Positions 19,307-28,825 of a stretch of DNA of 64,000 nt are shown one piece after another. The stretch is from Flavobacteriaceae bacterium (GTDB lineage Bacteria; Bacteroidota; Bacteroidia; Flavobacteriales; Flavobacteriaceae). Every line of letters begins with the position of its first letter. Position 1 is the stretch's first letter. The stretch spans positions 406,209 to 470,208 of the forward strand of contig JAGYJF010000005.1 of NCBI GenBank assembly GCA_018402135.1, given 5' to 3'. Position numbers and translations under genes: made by a program. The notes beneath the pieces were generated by a model. The model saw nothing but the letters and a program-made list of their open reading frames with translations. It had not been told where the DNA came from and did not search any database.

Positions 19307-21307
19307 ATGAAAATTAAGTTGATTGCTGCCTTTATTTTCGGCGTAATTCCAATTATAACGGCTCAAAATACAGAACAAAATATTGCTAAGGACACAACCA
19401 ATTTAAATGAGGTAGTGATAATTGGTAGAAAAAGTTTAAGCAACTTTAGGCAACCAAAAGCCTTGGCTAGTTTGGATGAATTTCTTGAAAGTTCAAACAA
19501 AATTGTAATGATTAAACGAGGTAATTATGCCTGGGAGCCAAGTTTAAACAGTATGGTTTCTGAACGTTTAAATGTTACCATAGACGGCATGCAAATTTTT
19601 GGCGCTTGTACCGATAAAATGGATCCTATTACATCGTATGTAGATGTTTCTAACCTTGAAAAAGTATCTATAAATTCCGGACAGCAAGGTACAGAGTTTG
19701 GCAATGTAATTGGTGGTGGTATTAATTTAGAACTTCATAAAGAAGCGTTTAGCGATAAAGGTTTTAAAATGGGAATTGACAACGGATTTGAAACCAATGG
19801 TAATTATAAAATTTTCGGAGTTGATGCCACCTACGCCGCATCAAACTTTTATTTGATTGCTGATGGTATTTTTAGAAAATCTGAGAATTACGAATCTGGT
19901 AATAGTCAGGAAGTGTTGTATTCACAATTTCAAAAAATTAATGCTTCGGTAGTAACGGGCTATAAAATTTCAGAAAGTCATCAAATTGATGCTAACCTTA
20001 TTATTGACAGAGCAACAGATGTTGGTTATCCGGCTTTGCCAATGGATGTGTCTTTGGCCGAAGCCTTCATCACTTCTTTAAGTCATACATATACACCTGA
20101 AAACTTGTATTTTAAAAGTCTTGAGAGTAAGTTGTATTTTAATACTATAACCCATATTATGGACGATACGCAAAGACCCGATGTGCCAATTAGAATGGAT
20201 ATGCCGGGCTGGAGCGATACCTTTGGTTTTTATTCAAAAGCACATTACAATATTCAAAAACACCATATAACGGCTAATTTAAATGGCTTTTACAACAGGT
20301 CTTTAGCCGAAATGACCATGTATTCAACCATACCCAACCAGCCTGATATGTTTATGTATACCTGGCCCGATATTAGAACTTTATATTCAGGAATTTTTAT
20401 AAATGATGACATCGAAATTAACGATTTGCACAGTATTAGTTTTGGTACAAGAGTTGGTTTTCATCAAAATGAAATAGCCAGACAAGAGGGTATTGAAAGC
20501 CTAAAAATATTTCGTTCTAATGTGGAACAATTTAATAATAGGTTGCTGTTAAGTATTAATTCTAACTACAAGTTGTCCCTGAAAAATTATGAAGTAAACG
20601 CAGGTGTTGGATACGGAGAGCGCGCACCATCAGTAAGTGAAGGTTATGGTTTTTTCTTGTTCAACAGTTTCGATAATTACGATTATATTGGCAATCCAAA
20701 CCTTGCCAATGAAAAAGCTTACGAAGCCAGTTTCAGTATCAAAAGGCATTTTAAGAAAGCCTCGCTAAGTTTGGAGTCGTCAGCATTTTATATTGAGGAT
20801 TATATTATTGGAGTTATTGCCGAAAATACTCCAAGTATGACAATAGGGGCCAAAGGTGTTAGGCTTTATGAGTCTTTACCAAATGCCAAAATATTTAATG
20901 TGGCCTTAAATTCTAATTTTGATATTTTACCAAAATTAAAGGGTCAAACAGTTTTGGGTTATAGTTACGGCAATGGCAGCGATAACAATAGTTTAACATT
21001 AATAAGACCATTTTTTTATCGGGCCGAAATTATTTATCGGTCTCACCAATTTGGTGCAACTTTTCAGTTAGAAGGTAATGGTAATCAAACCAGATACAGC
21101 AGCTTTTATGGCGAAGACCAAACACCGGCATATGCTATTTTAAATCTTAATTTAAGTAATCAGTTGGTGATTGATAATGTTAAGGCAATTTTTAAATATG
21201 GCGTTCAAAATTTGTTAGATAGGGAATACAACACATTTGCAGACTGGAACAATATTCCACGTCCGGGAAGAAATTTTTATATCAACGCCTCTTTTGTAAT
21301 TAATTAG
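19307..21307 (+). CDS. TonB-dependent receptor, OprC/NosA-like copper importer
   Basis: Plug GACTDKMDP (CxxxM) plus THIMD (HxM); Met-rich barrel loops; C-terminal PGRNFY. Confidence 0.8.
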   Translation: MKIKLIAAFIFGVIPIITAQNTEQNIAKDTTNLNEVVIIGRKSLSNFRQPKALASLDEFLESSNKIVMIKRGNYAWEPSLNSMVSERLNVTIDGMQIFGACTDKMDPITSYVDVSNLEKVSINSGQQGTEFGNVIGGGINLELHKEAFSDKGFKMGIDNGFETNGNYKIFGVDATYAASNFYLIADGIFRKSENYESGNSQEVLYSQFQKINASVVTGYKISESHQIDANLIIDRATDVGYPALPMDVSLAEAFITSLSHTYTPENLYFKSLESKLYFNTITHIMDDTQRPDVPIRMDMPGWSDTFGFYSKAHYNIQKHHITANLNGFYNRSLAEMTMYSTIPNQPDMFMYTWPDIRTLYSGIFINDDIEINDLHSISFGTRVGFHQNEIARQEGIESLKIFRSNVEQFNNRLLLSINSNYKLSLKNYEVNAGVGYGERAPSVSEGYGFFLFNSFDNYDYIGNPNLANEKAYEASFSIKRHFKKASLSLESSAFYIEDYIIGVIAENTPSMTIGAKGVRLYESLPNAKIFNVALNSNFDILPKLKGQTVLGYSYGNGSDNNSLTLIRPFFYRAEIIYRSHQFGATFQLEGNGNQTRYSSFYGEDQTPAYAILNLNLSNQLVIDNVKAIFKYGVQNLLDREYNTFADWNNIPRPGRNFYINASFVIN

Positions 21308-22496
21308 TAGATGTATTGATGTTTTTTGCAAAAATAACATTGGTGATCATTACAATTAAGCCGAGTGCAATTAGTAAAGAGCTGTAAAAAAGCGACCAAT
21401 AATAAAATTGAAAAGTATTACCACCTGAAAATACGATAAGCCCTTGAAAAAACATTAACAATTCTGAAGTTACAATACCCGTTAAAAAAAGAAAAATGCC
21501 AAATAAGGTCAATTGATTTGATTTTGGCCTATAAAATTTTAATATCATGTAAAACAATAAGCTCGAAATAGCACCTAACATCAATAAATGGATAAAACCA
21601 ATAATGAGATTTCTGTTTTCAAATGCAGCAGATACTAAACTCTCTGAAAGTGTAGTTAATTGAAAAGCAGATTTTAGAAGTAAACTTCCCATGCCAAAAT
21701 AAATCAGTATTTTACTGATGAAGCCGTGTTTTTTAAAGTCGATTTTCTGGATAATCAACCAACAAAAACTAACTAAAACTAAAAACTGAAGGAGGCTACC
21801 AATTGCATTTAACCAGAAAAAGACTGGCAGCATCGTATGCCAGTAGGCGGGTAGGGCAGCCGTTAAAATTACTGAAATCACTAAAATACAAATTACTTCG
21901 CGTATTCTTTTTATTGTTTGGCTTATACCCGTAGAAACTAGCCCCAATACTGCAAACACAAACCATCCATTAAATTGAAAGTGTAAAAACCACTGTATGG
22001 CTAGGTCATAAAAAATTGAATCCGAGCCATAAGCCTTTATTGCGTAGCCTAAAAACCATACCCCAATTGTAGAGATAAGCATAAATATTAAGGCCGCTTT
22101 TACAAGCAATTTAGAAACAATAGACAAATTCTTTAAGTGTTTCCAGATATGATAAACAAAAAAGTAACTACAAAATATGTGTAAGGTTGAAAATGTAATT
22201 GAGACTAAGGCATAACCCTGTACGGGGAAACTTATCATCATCCCTATAACCGAAAATTGCGTTAGCCAAAATAATCTATAAAATAATTGAGCATGCGTTT
22301 TTACGACCAATTGAACCAATAAAACGTAAATACACAGGTACAACCATCCCAGCATCGCTACATGAGAATGACCGTGGATTAAAAATTGATAATTAAGTGG
22401 TATACCGCCAAGCACGGCGTAACGCAATAACAAACCCATTGTTGCTGCAATCATAAAATTAATCAGGCAAACAACAATGGGTGTTTTAGTTAACAT
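21300..22496 (-). CDS. Polytopic membrane protein with three His-containing membrane motifs, unknown function
   Basis: About 12 hydrophobic segments; HGHSHVAMLGW, FLHFQFNGW, FIHLLMLG; 26 bp downstream of ric. Confidence 0.7.
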   Translation of the reverse strand: MLTKTPIVVCLINFMIAATMGLLLRYAVLGGIPLNYQFLIHGHSHVAMLGWLYLCIYVLLVQLVVKTHAQLFYRLFWLTQFSVIGMMISFPVQGYALVSITFSTLHIFCSYFFVYHIWKHLKNLSIVSKLLVKAALIFMLISTIGVWFLGYAIKAYGSDSIFYDLAIQWFLHFQFNGWFVFAVLGLVSTGISQTIKRIREVICILVISVILTAALPAYWHTMLPVFFWLNAIGSLLQFLVLVSFCWLIIQKIDFKKHGFISKILIYFGMGSLLLKSAFQLTTLSESLVSAAFENRNLIIGFIHLLMLGAISSLLFYMILKFYRPKSNQLTLFGIFLFLTGIVTSELLMFFQGLIVFSGGNTFQFYYWSLFYSSLLIALGLIVMITNVIFAKNINTSTN

Positions 22497-22522
22497 GGCA
22501 GGAAGTGCAATGATGGTCTAAT

Positions 22523-23260
22523 TTAATAAGAAAACACTTTGGCTTCTAAACTCAACGCTTTCGGGAATAAAATGTTGTTTTCTAAATGAATATGTTTGTG
22601 TAAGTCCTTCTCGAAATCATTTAGCATATTGTAAGCTACTTTATAAGTGTTACAGGCGTGTGCAGGTGGTTGATAGTTATTTGACAGTTCGGCTATTAAT
22701 CTAAATCTTTCACCTTCAATATCGTGTTCTTCTTTCATCATACTAATTGGGTTTTGAGCTGTACCAAAATGAGGTAAATTTATAGGTGTATTGAAATCGT
22801 GAGCTTTCACCAGTTTTTTTATAAACGGAAAGAGTATGAGCTCTTCTTTTTTCATATGCGATGCCAGTTCTCCGGTGGCCTTTTTAAATTCATCAAAAAT
22901 TTGATAGAGTTCAGGATTAGCATGACCGTGAACTTTACAAAGTTTTTCCAAATATTGAATTAAAACCGGACTTTTTGACTCAACATATCTGTGATGTTTT
23001 TTTTCAATATAATCAATAAGCAGATCAAGAGGCCACGATTTAAAATCGATATGTTCTTCACCTTTCTGGGTCATAACAATATCTAAATCGTGTAAAATAG
23101 CATCTATCTTTATAGCTTTTTTATTGCATACATCTTCGAGCGTTCTGTCCCCTTTACAGCAAAAATCTACGCCGTATTTTGAAAATACTGAGGCTGTTCT
23201 ATAATCCTCAGCAACATACTGTCCTATTTCTTTTTGAGTATCTTTTTGTATAGTTTTCAT
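22523..23260 (-). CDS. ric: Iron-sulfur cluster repair di-iron protein (Ric/YtfE/ScdA)
   Basis: DFCCKG, HHRY, HMKKEELILFP, EHD, HIHLENNILFP. Confidence 0.95.
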   Translation of the reverse strand: MKTIQKDTQKEIGQYVAEDYRTASVFSKYGVDFCCKGDRTLEDVCNKKAIKIDAILHDLDIVMTQKGEEHIDFKSWPLDLLIDYIEKKHHRYVESKSPVLIQYLEKLCKVHGHANPELYQIFDEFKKATGELASHMKKEELILFPFIKKLVKAHDFNTPINLPHFGTAQNPISMMKEEHDIEGERFRLIAELSNNYQPPAHACNTYKVAYNMLNDFEKDLHKHIHLENNILFPKALSLEAKVFSY

Positions 23261-23274
23261 AAGTAATTAATTTC

Positions 23275-23288
23275 GGATAATTATATCC
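23275..23288. promoter_or_regulatory. Putative Rrf2 operator upstream of ric
   Basis: GGATA-ATTA-TATCC palindrome. Confidence 0.65.
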
Positions 23289-23306
23289 TGTTTATATGTA
23301 ATTTTT

Positions 23307-23741
23307 TTAAGTTTTTAGAAATGCTTCTCCAGATTTGATGCCTAATGCTAGTTCTTCCAGACTTGTATTTTCTAGCATAAACTTTAAATCTTCTCTTACC
23401 TTTTTAAATTTTTCATGGACGGGACACGGATGATTTTCATTACAAATTTCTAATCCCAGACCACAACCGCTAAACACCTGATCACCATCAATCGAAGCCA
23501 CAATGTGAGCAAGTTTTATCTTAGCTAGCTTCGATTTGTCTATCTCAAATCCACCATAAGCGCCTTTATAGGATCTAACAATATCGCTTTTAACTAATGC
23601 TTGCAAAATTTTTGCTGTAAAGGCTTGTGGCGAAGCAATTTCCTTTGAAATATCTCTTGGGGAAATCCGCTTGCCATCATAAGAATTGATCGCTATAAAA
23701 ATGCACGCTTTAATACCGTACTCACAAGCTTTTGAAAACAT
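23307..23741 (-). CDS. Rrf2-family regulator (three Cys; NsrR-like role inferred)
   Basis: MFSKACEYGIKA, KGAYGGF, CGLGLEICNENHPCPVH; upstream of ric. Confidence 0.9.
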   Translation of the reverse strand: MFSKACEYGIKACIFIAINSYDGKRISPRDISKEIASPQAFTAKILQALVKSDIVRSYKGAYGGFEIDKSKLAKIKLAHIVASIDGDQVFSGCGLGLEICNENHPCPVHEKFKKVREDLKFMLENTSLEELALGIKSGEAFLKT

Positions 23742-23762
23742 AAATTATTATTAAGTAATAAG

Positions 23763-23805
23763 CAAATATACGATTTTTTTAATTAGGATAAAAATATCCT
23801 AATTA
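23763..23805 (-). promoter_or_regulatory. Rrf2 autoregulatory operator and -7 box
   Basis: Perfect TAATTAGGATA-AAAA-TATCCTAATTA 23780-23805; TATATTTG on the minus strand at 23770-23763. Confidence 0.7.
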
Positions 23806-23896
23806 GTTTTCCTTGTTTTTTTAACTCAAAAACAAGTATTTACAAAATATTTATATTATTAATAATATAAAGTATAGCAATTGTAATTTATTTTTG

Positions 23897-23933
23897 TAAA
23901 TTTGTTAACCAAATGGTTAAACTAATTAGTTAA
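23897..23933 (+). promoter_or_regulatory. -7 box followed by tandem TetR-type operators
   Basis: TAAATTTG 23897-23904; TTAACC-AAAT-GGTTAA 23905-23920; AACTAATTAGTT 23920-23931. Confidence 0.65.
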
Positions 23934-23945
23934 ATTTATTTTTAT

Positions 23946-24557
23946 ATGACTAAACATAAAGACAATCAAACTGAAGATCAAATCCTGAAGGCGGCTCAAA
24001 TTATATTTCAAACAAAAGGTATGGATGGTGCAAGAATGCAAGAAATAGCAGATAAAGCTAGTATTAACAAAGCCATGTTACATTATTATTACAGAAGTAA
24101 ACAATTGCTTTTTGAAGCTGTATTTAATAAAGCCTTTTCATTATTGGCACCTGAGCTCAATAGAATACTAAATGACAGCTCGTCTATAGAGGAAAAAATA
24201 AAGAACTTCACAGACAATTATATTAGCTTTATGATAAAGCATCCTTATTTGCCGGGTTTTATAATACAAGAGTTAAATAGAAATCCAAAATTCATTGAAA
24301 AGCTTGAATCAAACGTCTCTTTTCCCGACATCACCAAGTTTAAAAATCAGGTGAAAAACGAGATAGAAAACGGAACTATCATCCCAATTAGTGCTGAACA
24401 ACTATTTATCAACATCCTGTCTTTAAATGTTTTTCCTTTTGTTGCTTCTCCTTTGATTAAAGCCTTAGTGAACGTAGATGATACAACCTACCAAACTATA
24501 TTGGAAGCTCGAAAAAAGGATGTGTCCAATTTTTTAATTAATGCCATAAGAAAATAA
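23946..24557 (+). CDS. TetR/AcrR-family regulator
   Basis: ILKAAQIIFQTKGMDGARMQEIADKASINKAMLHYYYRSK helix-turn-helix. Confidence 0.92.
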   Translation: MTKHKDNQTEDQILKAAQIIFQTKGMDGARMQEIADKASINKAMLHYYYRSKQLLFEAVFNKAFSLLAPELNRILNDSSSIEEKIKNFTDNYISFMIKHPYLPGFIIQELNRNPKFIEKLESNVSFPDITKFKNQVKNEIENGTIIPISAEQLFINILSLNVFPFVASPLIKALVNVDDTTYQTILEARKKDVSNFLINAIRK

Positions 24558-24561
24558 ATCG

Positions 24562-25821
24562 ATGAAACATCTACTTATAATTGGTGTCTTAGTTCTAACA
24601 ACCTATATCAGCTATTCCCAAAACACTATTAATCTTGAGACCTGTTATGAGGGTTTAAACGCAAATTATCCGCTTGTTAAACAGCATATTATTTTAAACC
24701 ATCAAAATGAAACCGAACTTTTAGCCATTAAAACACAGGCACTGCCTCAACTTAAGCTAAATGCGCAGGCTACTTATCAAAGTGATGTTACAGAAGTACC
24801 TATTCCAAATACTGGAATTGAACCTCTTAATAACGACCAGTACCGTGCCACCCTTACAGCCAACCAATTAATTTACGCCGGTGGAAAAATTAAAGCATCA
24901 CAAGATTTACAAAACACCATAAATGAAAGAAAAAAACAAGAAGTTACGGTTAGTTTATATCAATTAAAACAACGTGTTAATCAGTTGTATTTCTCAATTC
25001 TTTTAATGGATGATTATGCCAAATTATTAGGTCTGAGAAAAGCACAGTTAACCAGTAAATTAAATGAAGTTAAATCCGGAATCGAAAACGGTCTGCTTTT
25101 ACCCACTTCTGATAAGGTGATTGAAGCTGAATTATTAAAAATTTTACAACAAATTCAAGAGGCAAACAACAATAAATCTAAGTTGATTAATTCCTTAGCT
25201 GGATTCACAGGAATTTCGATTCAGATGGAGACCCAATTTGAAAAACCTTTTCTCTCGATCGACGATAACTCAAATTTGCAAAGACCTGAGATTGGATTAT
25301 TCGACTTACAAAAAGAAGAAATAGAACAACAACAAAATATAGTTTCCAAATCTTTATGGCCAGAACTTAAAGGTTTTGCAACCGGTGGTTACGGAAATCC
25401 CGGACTGAATATGCTGGAAAATAATTTTAGATCCTTTTACATTATTGGACTTAATATCAACTGGAATGTATTCGACTGGAATACCAATAAAAAACAAAGA
25501 CAGGTCTTAGATTACAATAAAGAATTGATAAAGAATCAAGAAGAAGTTTTTAGGCTAACTAATAACATTGCTTTAAATGAACAATATAAAGAAATAGAAA
25601 CTCTTGAAAGTAGCATTGCCATTGATCAACAGCTCATTTCTTTACAAAAAGAGGTGGTAAATACTTACGAATCTCAATTGACATATGGTGTCATCACAAC
25701 TTCTGAGTACATCACTGAGCTCACTAAATTATACGAAACAGAAAATCTTTACAATCAGCATAATACGCAATTACAATTGGCCAAAGCAAATTACAAAACA
25801 ATCAAAGGAGATATTAAATAG
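24562..25821 (+). CDS. TolC-family outer-membrane efflux protein
   Basis: Signal peptide; duplicated LPQL…QLIY.GG / WPEL…WNVFDW pattern; coiled coils. Confidence 0.85.
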   Translation: MKHLLIIGVLVLTTYISYSQNTINLETCYEGLNANYPLVKQHIILNHQNETELLAIKTQALPQLKLNAQATYQSDVTEVPIPNTGIEPLNNDQYRATLTANQLIYAGGKIKASQDLQNTINERKKQEVTVSLYQLKQRVNQLYFSILLMDDYAKLLGLRKAQLTSKLNEVKSGIENGLLLPTSDKVIEAELLKILQQIQEANNNKSKLINSLAGFTGISIQMETQFEKPFLSIDDNSNLQRPEIGLFDLQKEEIEQQQNIVSKSLWPELKGFATGGYGNPGLNMLENNFRSFYIIGLNINWNVFDWNTNKKQRQVLDYNKELIKNQEEVFRLTNNIALNEQYKEIETLESSIAIDQQLISLQKEVVNTYESQLTYGVITTSEYITELTKLYETENLYNQHNTQLQLAKANYKTIKGDIK

Positions 25822-25828
25822 ACTTATA

Positions 25829-26725
25829 ATGAAAAACATACAAATAATAGGGACTGTAGTCATTGCTATAACGCTTTTAACGGCATGCAATTCTAATGGT
25901 GATAAAGCAGATGGTTACGGTAACTTCGAAGCCACCGAAATAACCGTATCCTCAGAAAATACTGGTAAATTAATAGAATTTAATTTAGAAGAAGGATATG
26001 TGATTGAAAAAAACAAATTCATCGGTTATATAGACACCATTCCTTTGCATTTAAAAAAGCAACAACTTTTAGTTCAAAAAGACCTCATTAATGCCAAATC
26101 TAAAGGTGTTTTATCCCAAATTAACGTACTACAAGCTAAATTGAAAACTGCAAAAATAAACAAAACAAGAATTGATAATCTTATTAAAGACAATGCCGGT
26201 ACTCAAAAGCAATTAGACGACATTGAGGGAGAAATAGCCGTTCTGAACAACAGTATTCGCAGTATTGAAATTCAAAACGCACCGGTAGTTAATGAACTAA
26301 AAAGTATTGATGCGCAACTCGATCAACTCAACGATCAAATTACAAAAAGCCAAATAATTAATCCCATCCACGGTACAGTACTTTCAAAATATGCCGAGCC
26401 CAACGAAATTGTAAATTATGGAAAACCATTATATAAAATTGCCGATTTATCCACTATGGAATTACGTGTATACATTAGCGAAACCCAATTGCCAAATATA
26501 AAGATAGGTGAAACAGTAACCGTCAAAATTGACGATCAAGATGGTATGAAATTCTTTACTGGAACCGTTGGTTGGATTGCTTCTGAGGCAGAGTTTACGC
26601 CTAAAATTATTCAAACAAAAGAAGAACGTGTGGCCTTGGTGTATGCTGTAAAGGTACAGGTAAAAAATGATGGTAGCTTAAAAATAGGGATGCCTGCCGA
26701 AATGTGGTTAAATATCAATAATTAA
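25829..26725 (+). CDS. HlyD-family periplasmic adaptor (YbhG-like)
   Basis: ATG 25829; lipobox LTAC; GNFEATE, AEFTPK.IQTKEER, LKIGMPAE. Confidence 0.88.
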   Translation: MKNIQIIGTVVIAITLLTACNSNGDKADGYGNFEATEITVSSENTGKLIEFNLEEGYVIEKNKFIGYIDTIPLHLKKQQLLVQKDLINAKSKGVLSQINVLQAKLKTAKINKTRIDNLIKDNAGTQKQLDDIEGEIAVLNNSIRSIEIQNAPVVNELKSIDAQLDQLNDQITKSQIINPIHGTVLSKYAEPNEIVNYGKPLYKIADLSTMELRVYISETQLPNIKIGETVTVKIDDQDGMKFFTGTVGWIASEAEFTPKIIQTKEERVALVYAVKVQVKNDGSLKIGMPAEMWLNINN

Positions 26726-26817
26726 TTATTCAAAGTCGTGACACGCCCAATAATAAACGGTATAATAACTAATGTAATGAAAAGAGCATTCTATCTGTCT
26801 TTTAAAGAAATATACAA

Positions 26818-27195
26818 ATGAAATATCTAATACTACTAGCATTCATCGTTTTTGCAGGTTGCAAAAATGCGAATATTCAAACAAATCAATCTCAATATAA
26901 TTATTTAAAAATGAATTTAAAAGATTTACATACCCAAGATAAAGCTGTACAAACCAACTTACTACTTCAAGCAGAACAAGGTAAGGTCGTTTCATTACAA
27001 ATAGCAGCAAAAGAACAATTAAAAGAGCATGTTAGTGAAGTACCAGCAATTCTAATTTGTGTTTTAGGTAAAGCTGTTTACAAACAAGAATCACTTGAGG
27101 TAACTTTATTAGCCGGAGATTATGTCTTGATACCCAAAAACATAAAACATGAGGTAAAAGCCATCACCGACAGTAATTTTATATTAATAAAATAA
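26818..27195 (+). CDS. Cupin-domain protein
   Basis: LKEH…P…G and GDYVLIP..IKHEV cupin motifs; true start may be the internal ATG at 26911. Confidence 0.75.
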   Translation: MKYLILLAFIVFAGCKNANIQTNQSQYNYLKMNLKDLHTQDKAVQTNLLLQAEQGKVVSLQIAAKEQLKEHVSEVPAILICVLGKAVYKQESLEVTLLAGDYVLIPKNIKHEVKAITDSNFILIK

Positions 27196-28097
27196 TGGGA
27201 ATAACCTTAGATAAGATATCGAAATCGTATGGTAAAATAAAGGCTTTATCGAATATTTCTTTTAATGTTAAACCGGGAGAACTTTTTGGACTCATAGGTC
27301 CCGATGGCGCAGGAAAAACCACGTTGTTTAGAATTTTAACAACCTTATTGATTCCGGATGAAGGTGTGGCAACTGTTGCGGGTTACGATTTGGTGAAAGA
27401 TTACAAAAATATTCGAAACAATGTGGGTTACATGCCTGGAAAATTTTCTTTGTACCAAGATTTAACTATTGAAGAAAATCTTCATTTTTTCGCCACCATT
27501 TTTGGAACCACTGTTGAAGAAAACTACCAGATAATCAAAGATATTTATGTGCAAATTGAACCTTTTAAACATCGAAGAGCTGGAAAATTATCGGGTGGAA
27601 TGAAACAAAAATTGGCATTAAGCTGCGCTTTAATCCACAAACCGAAAGTGCTTTTTTTAGACGAACCTACAACCGGTGTAGACCCTGTTTCTAGAAAGGA
27701 ATTCTGGGAAATGCTCAAACGATTGCAACAAACGGGCATTACCATTTTGGTTTCTACACCTTACATGGACGAGGCTGCCCTATGCGATAGAATTGCTTTG
27801 ATTCAACACGGGAAAATCCTAGAAATCGACTCACCTAAAATGATAGTAAAGCACTATCCAAAACCTCTTTATAATGTGAAGGCTCATAATATGTATTTGC
27901 TTATAAACAGTTTAAACCATTATGAACACAAACATAGTGTGTATCCATTTGGCGAATTTATACATTATACCGACAGCCGGAAAGATTTTAATCCTGACGA
28001 TTTGAAAAATTACTTAGAACATGAAAATCTTTTTCATGTCGAAATTGAAACAACAACACCAACAATAGAAGATACCTTTATGGAATTAGCAAAATAA
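27195..28097 (+). CDS. ABC transporter ATP-binding protein (YbhF N-half-like)
   Basis: GPDGAGKT, LSGGMKQK, LDEPTTGVDP. Confidence 0.9.
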   Translation: MGITLDKISKSYGKIKALSNISFNVKPGELFGLIGPDGAGKTTLFRILTTLLIPDEGVATVAGYDLVKDYKNIRNNVGYMPGKFSLYQDLTIEENLHFFATIFGTTVEENYQIIKDIYVQIEPFKHRRAGKLSGGMKQKLALSCALIHKPKVLFLDEPTTGVDPVSRKEFWEMLKRLQQTGITILVSTPYMDEAALCDRIALIQHGKILEIDSPKMIVKHYPKPLYNVKAHNMYLLINSLNHYEHKHSVYPFGEFIHYTDSRKDFNPDDLKNYLEHENLFHVEIETTTPTIEDTFMELAK

Positions 28098-28825
28098 TGA
28101 AAACACAAAACGTCATACAAGTAGAAGGATTAACCAAAATGTTTGGTGATTTTACAGCAGTAAATGCCATTACCTTTGAGGTTAAAAAAGGTGAAATATT
28201 TGGCTTTTTAGGTGCAAATGGTGCAGGTAAAACTACGGCTATGAAAATGCTTATTGGTATTTCCTCACCAACCTCTGGTTTGGCAAAAGTTGCCGGTTTT
28301 GATGTTTACAAAGAGACCGAATCTATTAAGAAAAATATTGGTTATATGAGTCAGAAATTTGCTTTATACGATGATTTAACCGTGAAAGAAAATATCACCT
28401 TTTTTGGTGGTATTTATGGCCTCTCTAAAAAACAAATCAACCAAAAACGCAGCGAACTGGTCGAAGAGTTAGGATTGGTAGATGTAACTAACAGTTTGGT
28501 TTCATCATTGCCATTGGGTTGGAAACAAAAGCTGGCATTTTCGGTATCGTTAATTCACAATCCTAAAATTGTTTTTTTAGATGAACCCACAGGTGGTGTA
28601 GACCCAATAACCAGAAGACAATTTTGGGAAATGATTTATAACGCTGCTCATAAGGGCACTACCATTTTTGTAACTACACATTACATGGACGAGGCCGAAT
28701 ATTGCGACCGCGTTTCTATAATGGTAAATGGTAAAATTGAAGCACTAGATACTCCCAAAAAACTAAAAGAACAGTATAAAACAGATAGCATGAACGACGT
28801 ATTTTTAAAATTGGCAAGAGGATGA
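28097..28825 (+). CDS. ABC transporter ATP-binding protein (YbhF C-half-like)
   Basis: GANGAGKT, LPLGWKQK, LDEPTGGVDP. Confidence 0.9.
   Translation: MKTQNVIQVEGLTKMFGDFTAVNAITFEVKKGEIFGFLGANGAGKTTAMKMLIGISSPTSGLAKVAGFDVYKETESIKKNIGYMSQKFALYDDLTVKENITFFGGIYGLSKKQINQKRSELVEELGLVDVTNSLVSSLPLGWKQKLAFSVSLIHNPKIVFLDEPTGGVDPITRRQFWEMIYNAAHKGTTIFVTTHYMDEAEYCDRVSIMVNGKIEALDTPKKLKEQYKTDSMNDVFLKLARG

Noticed and set aside
25685-25828. 48-aa N-terminal extension of the HlyD protein
   Set aside because: It overlaps tolC; ATG 25829 gives a normal lipoprotein signal peptide.
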